A stretch of 64,000 nucleotides of DNA from a virus, in the IMG/VR virus record IMGVR_UViG_3300045141_000143, positions 4,061-68,060 of that record. One strand, given 5' to 3'. This document shows, one piece after another, positions 45,249 through 55,700 of the stretch. The number at the start of each line of letters is the position of its first letter. The first letter of the stretch is position 1. Position numbers and translations under genes: made by a program. The notes beneath the pieces were generated by a model that made no database searches, was not told the origin of the DNA, and saw only the letters and a program-made list of their open reading frames with translations.

Positions 45249-45695
45249 TTAGGGTGATGGGGCGACAAGTTTGGTTTGGAACAAGTAACGGACGATCAGC
45301 GGCAGGCGCAGGTAGACGCCTTCGACCTTGTTGCTGAGATCGAGCGGGTCGAACGATTGATCGTCGCTGTAGGTCAACCCAGGCGTGGTCAGCCCGACCA
45401 CTGTGTTGATGCCGCGGAAGGCGTAGGAGAACGTCATCCGCATTTCTAAGAACGGGAGCAGACCGCCCCCGATCGGCACCATCAGGACGACGAAGATCTG
45501 CCCCTTCTCTTCCCAGGCGTCGTACCCGATCTGCAATGGGCCAGCGCCGGCCGCTGCTACCTCAATCTGAACCCACGGCGCAGGCGGCTGAGGGCGCGGT
45601 CCAGCGTCCTCGTTGGGCATCGCGAAGGGGATGCGCAATTGCGTCGCCACCGCCTGGATGCGGGGGATGGCGTCATGCCAGACCTCTGGTGACAT
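45249..45695 (-). CDS. Tail terminator-like protein
   Basis: PNE..PP.PWV..E.G.I.V..VP.G.G; synteny. Confidence 0.65.
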   Translation of the reverse strand: MSPEVWHDAIPRIQAVATQLRIPFAMPNEDAGPRPQPPAPWVQIEVAAAGAGPLQIGYDAWEEKGQIFVVLMVPIGGGLLPFLEMRMTFSYAFRGINTVVGLTTPGLTYSDDQSFDPLDLSNKVEGVYLRLPLIVRYLFQTKLVAPSP

Positions 45696-45698
45696 GGA

Positions 45699-46034
45699 TC
45701 ATCCGCCCAGCGTTTTCAGAGTATATACAGTGTCTTCGTCGCAGCGGTCCGGCTGCGCTGGTCCCAACACCGTCCGCGTGCTGCCATCGGCATAGACAAC
45801 CTGATCGCCGTGGCGCGGCGGCTTCGGCCACTGCACCGCGTTCATCTCGCGGTCGCTGACCTTCACCTGATCGGCGGTCTGAACCGTGTTCCCCACCAGG
45901 TCCGATACGGCACCTCTCGCCACGGCCCCCAGGCACTGCACGCTGAACGCGACCTGGCGCGTGCCGGTCAGCCGCTTGATGGTCACGACCTCGCCGTTCT
46001 TCTCGCAGGCACGAAGGAAGCCATCCGCGTTCAC
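45699..46034 (-). CDS. Head closure/head-tail joining protein
   Basis: GE.VT..R..P..GD.V..G; synteny. Confidence 0.6.
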   Translation of the reverse strand: MNADGFLRACEKNGEVVTIKRLTGTRQVAFSVQCLGAVARGAVSDLVGNTVQTADQVKVSDREMNAVQWPKPPRHGDQVVYADGSTRTVLGPAQPDRCDEDTVYTLKTLGG

Positions 46035-46477
46035 TTCGGGATCACGCGGGCAGAGAGCGTGGTGTTGGCGTAGGTGCCGGTGACGATCGCCATCAGGCGC
46101 AGCCGGTCGCCAAGGACGTGGCAGGTCAGGCCATCCGGCAGCACGTCGTTCCCGGTAGAGTCCACGCCGCCAGCGGCAGCATCGATGATGGCCGTGGTGC
46201 CTCCGTAAAGCTCGAACACGACGGTGCGCGCGGCCGCGGCGAAGGTGACCTGTGCAATGTCGAAGGCGGGCGTGTCATCGCCCAGCGCCGTCTGCACCAG
46301 GACTTTGACGTTGGATCCGCCAGAGCCCCACAGGAAGCGCAGTTCCACGGCAACCGACTGCATCCCGACCAGGCCCATCGTCCACTCCCCGGTCATCGTG
46401 CCTGGACCGGCAATCGTGAAGTCTGCGGCGTCGGTGCCGTCCGGCTGGAGGGCAAAGACTTGCGTCGATTGCAGCAT
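46031..46477 (-). CDS. Hypothetical virion beta-sandwich protein
   Basis: F.WGSGG..VQT..DIA..F..LGDRLR..GTY.NT. Confidence 0.65.
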   Translation of the reverse strand: MLQSTQVFALQPDGTDAADFTIAGPGTMTGEWTMGLVGMQSVAVELRFLWGSGGSNVKVLVQTALGDDTPAFDIAQVTFAAAARTVVFELYGGTTAIIDAAAGGVDSTGNDVLPDGLTCHVLGDRLRLMAIVTGTYANTTLSARVIPK

Positions 46478-46490
46478 CGTTGCCTCTCAG

Positions 46491-46679
46491 TCAGTTCAGG
46501 GGATGCAGGATCGAGCTACAGCACTCGACCACCAGCGACATCTCGGTTTGCAGCCGATAGGTCTCATTTGAGCAGTCGGAGCAGCGCGGACCTTTGCCGA
46601 GGATCATCGCGACTTCCGGCTCGCAGCTTTCGCAGCGGATGACGACGATCTCCCCGGCGCGGAATGGCCTGCGCGTCAT
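46491..46679 (-). CDS. Small Cys-rich protein
   Basis: CESC..CSDC; coupled to adaptor stop. Confidence 0.45.
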   Translation of the reverse strand: MTRRPFRAGEIVVIRCESCEPEVAMILGKGPRCSDCSNETYRLQTEMSLVVECCSSILHPLN

Positions 46680-47338
46680 ATCCGCATCTCCCGATAGGGT
46701 TCGAGCCGCGCTGCGGCATCCGGCACGATCGCGGCACTCTCACCGGGCGTGGGACCGAAGTAGGTCGTCGAAAGGACGTTGGGGACGCTTTCGCTTCTGA
46801 TCGACCGGTCGCGCGTTCCTGTAGACTTCCTGTACGAAAGCTGGATCAGCGCTGCGGCCTCAAGGTCGGGCGGAAGGTCGTCGCCTAGCGTGTATCCACC
46901 CGTGTATTGCACGATGACGACACTCGGATACGGATGGGCGTAGAAGCCGTAATTGCCCCACCACGGCACCCAGGTGCAGCTCACCTCGTCATAGCGCCGC
47001 AGCAGACCGGCCTCGCCGTCCAACTGCCACTGGTCCGGCGTCAGTACCGTGTTGTTCCACGTCACGGAGAGCACTTCGCTGACGGGATACAGCTCAAGCA
47101 CCAGGTCGGAGTGCACGCCAGCCGGATGGCCGATGGTGGTCTCAAACCTCTGTTGCAGCGTTTCCTTGACCAACCGCCGCCCGCAGTAGCGCTCGATCGC
47201 GCCCGACTCCTCGCGGATCCATCGAGCCAGCCGCTTGTCGTAGGACGAGCCGGTGATCTGAAGCTCGTCCTTCGCGGTCGCCAGCGTCGTCAGATCCCGG
47301 CAGGGGGCTTTTGCGATGACGGTGGTGATCGAGCGCAT
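46676..47338 (-). CDS. Head-tail adaptor (gp6/gp15-like)
   Basis: LTTL..AK.EL..D..L..I..YCGR..L..YPV..Y.GGY..P.DLE.A..L.PYR. Confidence 0.85.
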   Translation of the reverse strand: MRSITTVIAKAPCRDLTTLATAKDELQITGSSYDKRLARWIREESGAIERYCGRRLVKETLQQRFETTIGHPAGVHSDLVLELYPVSEVLSVTWNNTVLTPDQWQLDGEAGLLRRYDEVSCTWVPWWGNYGFYAHPYPSVVIVQYTGGYTLGDDLPPDLEAAALIQLSYRKSTGTRDRSIRSESVPNVLSTTYFGPTPGESAAIVPDAAARLEPYREMRI

Positions 47339-47985
47339 CAGGCGCACCGCCGGAATGCGAATGAGGCGATGCTGTCGCGGCCGAGACGGCTCTCCATCTC
47401 GTTGTGTTCAAGCAGCTCCCAGCCCAGCTGGCGCATCACCTTCAGGAAGCCGAAGGATGTCCAATACCAACAGTGTTCGTCTGGTCGAAAATGCCGCGAC
47501 GCCAGAACTTCGCACGCGCCGCCGTAGACCGGCATAGACACGAAGACGCAGGCTGCTACGCGGGCCAGCAGCCGGTCGAAGTCGGGGATGTGCTCCAGCA
47601 CGTCCCACAGCGCCACGGCCTGCACAGGCTCGGTGTAGGGGTTGCAGAACAGGTCGCGCTCCAGGAGCCACTGCACGCCGACCGGGTTGATGTCGTAGCC
47701 GCGCGTCTGGGGGCGAGCCTCGACGAAAGCCCCGCAGCCGATGCCAACGTCGATCAGGGGGCCATTCCAATGCCGCTCCACCAGATCAACGCGGGCTTGG
47801 GTGATGCGTCGGCCGAGATCGGTGTCGCGGTAGCTGAGGTATTTTGCGAAGTAGTGCGCGTCATAGGGCTCGGACGGGCGCTCAACCTCGTAGAAGCCGA
47901 CGCCGAGATCGGGCAGCCAGTTCAGGCGTTTGGCGGCGAGACGGTCGAACAGCGGCGCGGCACGGTCTTCATCCATCGCCGCCAT
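47338..47985 (-). CDS. SAM-dependent methyltransferase
   Basis: LIDVGIGCG.F, GYDINP, WDVLEHI, HFRPDEH; start uncertain. Confidence 0.88.
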   Translation of the reverse strand: MAAMDEDRAAPLFDRLAAKRLNWLPDLGVGFYEVERPSEPYDAHYFAKYLSYRDTDLGRRITQARVDLVERHWNGPLIDVGIGCGAFVEARPQTRGYDINPVGVQWLLERDLFCNPYTEPVQAVALWDVLEHIPDFDRLLARVAACVFVSMPVYGGACEVLASRHFRPDEHCWYWTSFGFLKVMRQLGWELLEHNEMESRLGRDSIASFAFRRCA

Positions 47986-48836
47986 TGCTGTGAAAAGTCG
48001 GTAATGCGCTTCTCGCATCGATGTCTCATGTCGGTGCATAGGCAGAACCTTTCCGGCGTCGCGAAACCGATGCGCGTTGTGTTCATCCGCTTGTCGAAGA
48101 GCCGGTCGGGCGCGTTCATCCCGCCGTTACCGCCCAGCACGACGAAAGTGCGGGTCTTGAGCGCAATGGCGGCGGGCACGATCCAGCCAACCGGACCGAC
48201 GACCACCGCGGCGTCGCGAATGGCAGCGAGCAGCTGGCGCACCGACAGTTCGCCCTTGGTCAGCGCGACGTTGTGCGGCGGCAGGCCACCTTCGACCCAC
48301 TCGTAGCCGTGTTTGATGTCGGCAATGACGACGACGGCGAAGCCCCTGCGCTTCAGGTCGCCGGCGGCCTCATGGATGTACTCTGGCAGCGGGTTGCGGG
48401 CCTCGTTGTCCCACTCGACCCTGCGCATCACCGGGCGGACGATCGCCAGCGGTGCATCGCCTGGGTCGAACGGGCACTTGCCCATGTCTGGTAAATCCCA
48501 CGTCGGCGCCGCCTTCATTCGAGGCAGCTTCCTCTCCATCGTCGCGGCGACGTTGCTTTTCGTGAGTTCCAGCACGCCATAGCCAAGCGCCACCGTTTCA
48601 GCGTCTGCCGGAGGCCGGAACCACTGCATGTTCTGCTGGCGCGCGATATTGCGCATCTGCGTGCGAAGCTGCCTCGCCCCGCGCACGAACCTGACGGGTA
48701 GATCGACATAGAGGTCGGGCCAGGGCGTCTCGAGCCAGACATCGCGCTCGGCGGCGATGCCAGCGACGAAAGGCCGTGTGTAGATACTATCGCCTAGACC
48801 CCACGGACCCCTTACGAACAGGCTTCTTTGGCTCAT
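47922..48836 (-). CDS. Glycosyltransferase (GT-B, GT9/heptosyltransferase-like)
   Basis: GLGDSIY..P, RNP..Y, A.VVVGPVG...AA.AL...FV..GG. Confidence 0.72.
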   Translation of the reverse strand: MSQRSLFVRGPWGLGDSIYTRPFVAGIAAERDVWLETPWPDLYVDLPVRFVRGARQLRTQMRNIARQQNMQWFRPPADAETVALGYGVLELTKSNVAATMERKLPRMKAAPTWDLPDMGKCPFDPGDAPLAIVRPVMRRVEWDNEARNPLPEYIHEAAGDLKRRGFAVVVIADIKHGYEWVEGGLPPHNVALTKGELSVRQLLAAIRDAAVVVGPVGWIVPAAIALKTRTFVVLGGNGGMNAPDRLFDKRMNTTRIGFATPERFCLCTDMRHRCEKRITDFSQQWRRWMKTVPRRCSTVSPPNA

Positions 48837-49035
48837 GGCGTGGCTTCGCCTTTTCCGGTTCCGGTGGAGGATCGGCCACGACCTTGATCTGCTCGTTCTC
48901 GTCGAGGACCGGCACAGCCAGGCCAGAGAGTTCAAGCTCGACGGCCCGAGGGCCGTAAGCCTGGAATCGCTGGCCTGGATGCACGACGCCCTCATGGTCG
49001 CGATTGATCCACGGCCGGAGAGCTTCCATGAGCAT
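48787..49035 (-). CDS. Small head-associated protein
   Basis: G.V.PG..F..RA.EL...GLA; directly after capsid gene. Confidence 0.65.
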   Translation of the reverse strand: MLMEALRPWINRDHEGVVHPGQRFQAYGPRAVELELSGLAVPVLDENEQIKVVADPPPEPEKAKPRHEPKKPVRKGSVGSRR

Positions 49036-49057
49036 AGCTACCGCCCCACAAGTATAG

Positions 49058-50260
49058 TTATGGTATAGTTCCGTAAATAAACGCGGCGGGGCGGTAAACT
49101 GCGAGTGTTAGTCTCTCTTCACCGCGTATAGTTATGAAATTCCTAACAAAATCGTCGCTATTCTCAGTAGAGATGAGTATCTCTATTGACATGCGGTCGA
49201 AGATCTGCGCGCCGAGCTGGAAGGCGCCAGTCAGGAAGTGGCCGACCTGAATGGCCTGTGTGTCGACGACCGGCAGGTTCCAGAGACGCTTGCCGAGCAT
49301 CCCGGTCGGGTCACCGACGATGTAGCGACCCTGCGTGTCCTTGGTGAGTTCGATCTTGCCCCAATCGGTCGGGTGCATGACAAACCCCGACGCCGGATAG
49401 AGAGCCAACGTCGCCTGCAGAGACGCCAGCCGCAGGGTGTCGATGTTGGTTGGCAGCGACGGCGCGAAAGCCGCCGCATAGGCCGTTGCCTGCGGGATGA
49501 TCCCGAACAGGTGCTGCCCGGTGCCATCGCCATAGAGCAGCTCGCCCTCTTCGACGAACTGCAGCCCGTAGGTCAGACGACCATCGATGACGGACCGCAA
49601 TTGCGGCGCGTCGTCCATGATCTGACGACTCGCCTTCATAAAATGCGCGATCGTCCTGACGGGGATCGACTTCAGGTCGAACGTCACATTGCTCTGCGGC
49701 TTCAGCTGGCCTTCCGAAACCACCGCAGCAGAGGTCACGTTCGGGTCGTCGGTCTCCACGGCGTACTCGATGGCGTTCGACGAGGTGGTGCCTGGGGTCA
49801 GGAGACTTCGCACCACCATCTGGCGCATCGGGGGCGTAACCATTCCCTGCCGATCCGCCACCACAAGCGACGTGCTGGGCGAGCGCCCGGCGCCGACCGT
49901 GGGGTTACCCGACGTGATGTCCTTCAACTCGATGGAGACGCGAGCCTGACCGGACTTGCTCTCCATGAGTGCCTTCACCGCGTCGTTCTCGACGACCAGA
50001 TCGCCAAGCGACTTCTGCTCGGCAGGCTGATCGCCCTTGCCGCGGGCCATCTTCTGCTCGACGCCCGTGAGCCGCTCACTGAGCGTGTTCATCTCAGTGA
50101 GGGCCTTATCGGCCTTGTCCTTGGTTTCCTGCGTGATGGTGCCGAGGTTTTTCATCTCGGTCATCGCCGTTTCGCCAATCTTCTTCGTGTCGTCCATAGC
50201 CTTCTTGAGATCGACTACAAGGGTCTTGAGTTCGACCTCTGGATTGGGGTCGTCAGCCAT
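49058..50260 (-). CDS. Major capsid protein, HK97 fold
   Basis: Delta-domain N-terminus, VSEG..KP, IAH..ASRQ..DD, L.GDG.G, RLW.LPV, F.RN..TIR.EER..LAV.RP.AF. Confidence 0.97.
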   Translation of the reverse strand: MADDPNPEVELKTLVVDLKKAMDDTKKIGETAMTEMKNLGTITQETKDKADKALTEMNTLSERLTGVEQKMARGKGDQPAEQKSLGDLVVENDAVKALMESKSGQARVSIELKDITSGNPTVGAGRSPSTSLVVADRQGMVTPPMRQMVVRSLLTPGTTSSNAIEYAVETDDPNVTSAAVVSEGQLKPQSNVTFDLKSIPVRTIAHFMKASRQIMDDAPQLRSVIDGRLTYGLQFVEEGELLYGDGTGQHLFGIIPQATAYAAAFAPSLPTNIDTLRLASLQATLALYPASGFVMHPTDWGKIELTKDTQGRYIVGDPTGMLGKRLWNLPVVDTQAIQVGHFLTGAFQLGAQIFDRMSIEILISTENSDDFVRNFITIRGEERLTLAVYRPAAFIYGTIP

Positions 50261-50265
50261 TGTGT

Positions 50266-51159
50266 TTACCCTTCGCTGGTGAGAGAGAAGCCAGACACGA
50301 TCTGCGACAGCTCCTTGAGCGTCGCTTTGCGTGCTTCGGATGCCGCCTGCTCAACAGCCTCATCCCGAGGTGCTTTGAACCCGAGTTCGGCGATGGCTCG
50401 GGCTTGCGAGTGCGAGAGCTTGAACTCCTCCCGGAGCCAACTCTCGAACTCACGTATCGTCGTTGGTTTGGCCGAGTTCATGCCCATCGGCATGTCCTGG
50501 CCGGTCAGCGCCTGGTGCGCGTCCATCAGGTGCGTAAACATCTGCTGACGCTGGTCTGACGTTGGACTGTTGGCGCCTGATAGCGACTGCTGGTGCAGCT
50601 TCATGCAGGCGGCGACTGCGGTGGCCGCGCTCTCTGCATCGACGTTCTTCATGACGGTGTTCAGCGAGACGATCTTCGCCAGCTTGTTCGCCGGGTCGCG
50701 CACAACATCGACGGAGTGCAGCACCAGGTTGTTGATCGTGCGGTGCGGCTCGTCCTTCTTGCTGCTGCGGACATCACCGCCATCCGGCACGTTGAACGCT
50801 ATGGACAGCGCCTTGATCGCGCCCTCTTTCATGAGCCCATAGACACGCTGGCCGTGATCGGTGTTGAGCGCGCAGATCTTGCCCTGGCAGATCAGACCTT
50901 TTGAGTCCTCCGACATATGCGTCCACACGCCAACGGGCAGTGGGTCGCCGCCGAACTGGTAGGCGGAATGCTCCGCATACATGCCGGGCATGGTTCCTGC
51001 GGCCGTGTGCGCCGCCAGCGTCTCTTTGAAGGCGCCAGGCGCTATGACATGGCCGTACGAGTCCTGGTTGCCCGTGACGGCGCCATAACCTGTGAACACG
51101 CCTTCGGTGCCGCCGTCGAACTTGAATTCGACTGGCGTGGCGATGCGGTCGAGCAACAT
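50266..51159 (-). CDS. HK97-type prohead protease
   Basis: FTGYGAV.GN.DS..I.PGAF, P.GVW..ED.KGL, LSI.F, V..PAN. Confidence 0.93.
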   Translation of the reverse strand: MLLDRIATPVEFKFDGGTEGVFTGYGAVTGNQDSYGHVIAPGAFKETLAAHTAAGTMPGMYAEHSAYQFGGDPLPVGVWTHMSEDSKGLICQGKICALNTDHGQRVYGLMKEGAIKALSIAFNVPDGGDVRSSKKDEPHRTINNLVLHSVDVVRDPANKLAKIVSLNTVMKNVDAESAATAVAACMKLHQQSLSGANSPTSDQRQQMFTHLMDAHQALTGQDMPMGMNSAKPTTIREFESWLREEFKLSHSQARAIAELGFKAPRDEAVEQAASEARKATLKELSQIVSGFSLTSEG

Positions 51160-51169
51160 GGTCAGTCTC

Positions 51170-52453
51170 CTATTCGACCGGTGTCGTTGGATCGGTCGGC
51201 GTCTGCGTCGCCTGGAACCCAGGATCGAGCGGCTTGAGGATGCGGAACTGCGCTTCCTTGCCGAGCAGCTGGATGGGTATGAGGTTCGATTGCACGGTCA
51301 GGTCGTCGCCACCTGTGAGCGGGGCGATATTGTCGAGCGCGCGGAGTTCATTCCTCGTGCGAAGGCCGTTCTGAGCCAGGGTCTGCATCAACGCTGCGCG
51401 GCCAGCCGAGTCCGCACGCAACAACGCATCGACGTTGAATTCGGCATAATAGAGAGCCTTCTCGCCGGGGTTCAGCAGCGACATGCGGATCGACTGCTCG
51501 ATAGACTTCAGCAGCGGACGCAAGGTGTAGGTCAGGAACCAGAGATTCATCTGTTCCAACCCGGTTCCCCACGCCGTGGACTTAGACATATGGCCGATCA
51601 TCACCGGTTGAACGCCGAACCAGCGACAGATCTCCTCGACGCTGAACTCCCGCGTCGCCAGCAGCTGCGCATCATCCGGCTTGATGCCAATCGCTTCGGC
51701 TTTGATGCCGCCCTCGACGAGCGCCCAGCCGCCGCTGTTGACGGCGCCTGCGATCTTCTCGGACGTTTCAGCGATGAACCGCTTGCGCTTGTCCTCCGGC
51801 AGATACTTCTCAGACGTGAACACCATCGAAGGCCGCAGGCCGTTGCGGAAGATCGAAGCGGACGACTTGTCGGCAGCTATCGCCATCCCAAGCGTCTCTC
51901 GCGCCTGACCGACGATCGAAAGGCCATGCAGACCGTCGAAGCTATAGCCCTTGATGTGCATCACTTCGCCCTCTTGGAGCTTCGTGATCTCGCCCATCCA
52001 GGTGTAGGTGTAGGTGAGTGAGCGGTCTTCGTTCCTGACCGCCGTGAGCCGATCGGGCACCATCGGCGCAAGGGCCACGACGCGATTGCCGTTGCGCACG
52101 ATCTGAATGTAGGCGTTGCCCCACAGCAGGATGCACGCAACGACGGCCTCCCAGAACGTGACCGCCGTCATCTCAAAGTTCGGTTGGTCGTGCAGCAGCG
52201 CATAGAGCGGATGGTCGCGTGCGAGCGTGCCGCGGCCCTCGTTGTCGGCCTTGTAGACCTGGCACGGCAAGGTCGCCATCGTCTGCGCGATCAGCCGCGA
52301 GCAGGCAAAGACTGTGCCGATGGCCAGCGACGTGCGCGGCGAGACGAATTCCCCGGAGTACGTTGGTCCGCTGCCGAGCCACGCGACAAGGCGATTGTCG
52401 GTCAGACCAAGCCCTCGGGCGATGGTCGTGACCGCGTTCAGGATCATGCCCAA
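51170..52453 (-). CDS. Portal protein (HK97 family)
   Basis: V.AC..LIA..A.LP, PN..MT..FW, L.GNAY, H..G..DG..GLS, F.NG.RP, NE.R..N. Confidence 0.97.
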   Translation of the reverse strand: MGMILNAVTTIARGLGLTDNRLVAWLGSGPTYSGEFVSPRTSLAIGTVFACSRLIAQTMATLPCQVYKADNEGRGTLARDHPLYALLHDQPNFEMTAVTFWEAVVACILLWGNAYIQIVRNGNRVVALAPMVPDRLTAVRNEDRSLTYTYTWMGEITKLQEGEVMHIKGYSFDGLHGLSIVGQARETLGMAIAADKSSASIFRNGLRPSMVFTSEKYLPEDKRKRFIAETSEKIAGAVNSGGWALVEGGIKAEAIGIKPDDAQLLATREFSVEEICRWFGVQPVMIGHMSKSTAWGTGLEQMNLWFLTYTLRPLLKSIEQSIRMSLLNPGEKALYYAEFNVDALLRADSAGRAALMQTLAQNGLRTRNELRALDNIAPLTGGDDLTVQSNLIPIQLLGKEAQFRILKPLDPGFQATQTPTDPTTPVE

Positions 52454-52518
52454 TGGTTCAGCCTCCGACCCTGTGCGTTTCTGGCCCGCGCCGGGTCGAG
52501 CCGCCGTTCAGGCGAACG

Positions 52519-52764
52519 TCAGTCGGCGGCTACATTCGCGGCCGTACTGGCTCGCTCGGGTTCTCGCAGAGTGCTGGCATGTGCCTGGATCGCGTCGTTC
52601 ACTTGCCTGGAGATGTCGAGCATCAGCGGGTTGACCTCGATCCAGGGGTTCTTGGCGATGTATTGCGTGACCCGCTCCCAGGTCGCGATGGGGAGCGTGA
52701 CCATAGCCGGCCACTGCGCGACGTCTTGCGGGGGCTGCGGCTGCGGCGGCATGTTGGTGTCCAT
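52519..52764 (-). CDS. Small protein, possible fibre chaperone
   Basis: W..V..I.K.PW.EV.PL..I..Q; follows fibre gene. Confidence 0.55.
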   Translation of the reverse strand: MDTNMPPQPQPPQDVAQWPAMVTLPIATWERVTQYIAKNPWIEVNPLMLDISRQVNDAIQAHASTLREPERASTAANVAAD

Positions 52765-52777
52765 TATTTCGATCCTT

Positions 52778-55700
52778 TTAGGTAGGAGAGGTGATTTCAG
52801 CGAAGAGGTAATAGGAGCCGTTGTAGTTGTAGTTTCCCGCTGCGGTGACGGTAGCCCCGATAATGAGATCGTGGGTGTCTGGCATCGATTGCGAGTAACT
52901 ACCGATGTTCAACGTGGAGTTCTGGAGGACGGTGATGCTTGGTATGATTCTCATGCTGGTCGGCAGCGAGAACGTCGCTATGGCAGGGGTTCCTGCAACC
53001 CCATAACCGGCGAACTGGAATGTCCCCTGCTGATAATACCGCTCGCAGAGCGAACGCTCATCGAGGCGCATTTCCCACTGTGTAGCTACCGTGCCAGGTT
53101 CCAGTTGAGGCTTTAGAACAGTGCCTGCCTGGAACTCGACAACGATGTTGGTGGCTGCGGTAATACCTGTGACGGTGATAGGGCTCGCAGCATAAGTGCC
53201 GCCGTTGATCCGACCGGTTGCCGTGCCTTGCCACGAAAGAGTGTAGGTGCCGCCCTCAACGAAAACGCCCTCGACGAGTTGTTGCACTGAGCCGGAACTG
53301 ATGGTGATCGTTGCAGCAGGGTTTGTGGCGTTGAAAGTCCAGCTGTGACCGTTCACGCCACTTCGCCACATATCGAGCGACGAGACGAACGAGTAGCCCG
53401 CGCCATTATTAACCGGACTGGGCGATCCTCGTTGGTTCACTCTGAAGCTAGAGTTGATCAACCGGTTGCGATTTCCGGCTGATGGTCCACCCCCGCCTGC
53501 TGCGCCGGTGACAAATGCTGTGGTTGCCAGTTGCGTCGTGGCCGTGCCGACGGCAGCAGTTGGCGCGGTGGGTGTTCCTGTCAGGGCTGGCGACGCCAGC
53601 GGTGCCTTGAGGTTGTCGGCAGTGGTGACGAATGCTGTCGTTGCAAGCTGCGTGGTATTCGTATTGGCGACAGCAGTTGGCGCTGTCGGGACACCTGTCA
53701 GCGCTGGCGCGGCCAGCGGCGCGTAGGGCGCCAGGAGGGTCGTGAAGCCCGCGCCGCTCACCGCACCAGTTGCCGACAACGTGGTGAATGCGCCTGTGCT
53801 TGGCGTCGTGGCGCCGACAGCGGCGCCATTCAGCCCGGTGTTTGAGATCGATGCCGTTCCGCCGACAGCAAGTATGCCACTGACCAGGCAGTTGTTTGTG
53901 ACGTTCAGTGCGTAGCCGGCAGCAGTGAATGTGACGCCGCCGGTCACGTTGACGCCGCCTACGAGCGGGACGTAGGCAGCGGTCGCGGTTTGCACGAAGG
54001 ATGTGGTCGCTAGCTGCGTGGTATTTGTGTTCGCCGCAGCAGTTGGCGCTGCAGGTACTCCAGTGAACGTCGGCCCAGCTAGCAAAGCTCCACCGACACC
54101 GGTCACGTCCGCTGCGGTTAAGACGACCGCACCAGTGCGCGTGTTGAATGTGGTGACGCCAGCCGAGGCGATATCGGCGGCGGTGACGAACGCGGTGGTC
54201 GCAAGCTGCGTTGTATTTGTCCCTGGCGCAGCAGTCGGCGCGGTGGGCACACCTGTTAGAGCCGGTGCGGCCAGGGTGGCGTATAGCTGGGCCTTGACGA
54301 AGGCTGTCGTGGCGACGGTCGTGCTGTTGTCAGCGGTTGCAGCGGTTGCAGCGGTGAAGGCGCCGGTAATGTTGAGAGCGCCTGTTCCGGTAGTGGTCAG
54401 TGTCGAGACAGCGGTCGCACCAAGACCGGTCGTGAACTGGAAGGCATTGCGCGTCGTGTCACCGATGCGGACAGTGGCGGCTGGCAAGATGCTATGCGTC
54501 GCGAACAGCGCGGCGCCGCTTGACCAGATTTCCCCGGAATATCCTTGCGGTATCGAGAAGCTATTCGTGCCCGCCGCGAAGATGACATTGAAGCCGCCCG
54601 TTCCGCCGTGCCGCACGACCCAACTCTTGTGCGCTGCATTGACCGGGATGGTGACGGTGCGATCAGCGGTCAGCACGCCCGTGGCACTGATGACCCTTTC
54701 GTTCGCATTCGCGGTCGTCCACGTCGCGTCAGCGTCAGCGATGTTGTTCGCGATGTAGCCCGCCGCCTCGCGCGCAACGAACAGCACGGTCGCGAGGCTG
54801 GTGTCCTCATCGCCAACCGCTTGCGTCACGCCGACTGTGCCGGTCGGAAGCGAGGGAGCGCCAGTGAACACTGGAGACGCGAGCAGAGCACCGCCGACAC
54901 CAGTCACGTCAGCGGCGGTTAAGACTACCGCGCCAGACCTCGTGTTGAACGTGACGACTCCCGCGGCGGCGATGTCCGCTGCGGTCACGAAGGCAGTGGT
55001 TGCCAGGGTCGTATTATTTGTGCCGGCGACCTGGGTAATCCCGACCGCACCAGTCGGCAGAGACGGCGCCCCCGAAAAGACCGGGCTCGCGAGGGGCGCG
55101 TAGGGCGCCAGGAGCGTGGTGAAACCTGCCCCGCTCACCGCACCGGTTGCTGCCAGCGTCGTGAAAGAGCCTGTGCTGGGCGTCGTGGCGCCTACAGCGG
55201 TGGCATTGATGCCAGTGGCGGTGATCGAGGCGACATCGATGGCGTTGACGTTGAACCAGTGCGCGGCGAGGTTCGGCGCGAGGTAGTTCAAACGGTTGGC
55301 GGTGACGTTGAAGCCGTAGGTCGTGGAGTAGAGCGCAATGTGACGCGAGAGATCGGTGATGCCGCCGGGTGCGACCTGGGTGTTAATGAAAATGCCACGA
55401 TAGAAGGTAAACAGGCCAGTGGCGCGCGTGATGCGAGCGTGGGTGGCGATGAGCGCGCCAGTGTCGCTGTAGGCATTGAAGTCGAGGTCGGTGCCTGCGT
55501 TAGAGCCGTCTTGTGGCGTTGCTGTCAGGTTGCCGCCGACGACCCAATTGAGAATACCGGAGGTGAGCGCGCGGAAACTACGCCAAGTCCCAGTCGCTCC
55601 ATCCGCATAGTAGCTCAAACACTGGATGTATCCTGCGTCGGCAAGCGTGATGACTGGGTTGGGTGCGGCCTGACTGCCAGTGGACCATTTGAGGCCAGTT

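Noticed and set aside
49238-52021. Long + strand ORFs opposite capsid and portal
   Set aside because: Antisense frames of high-GC3 genes
52778-53470. Diversity-generating retroelement targeting fibre tips
   Set aside because: No reverse transcriptase, and the two C-terminal copies differ at all base types, not only adenines
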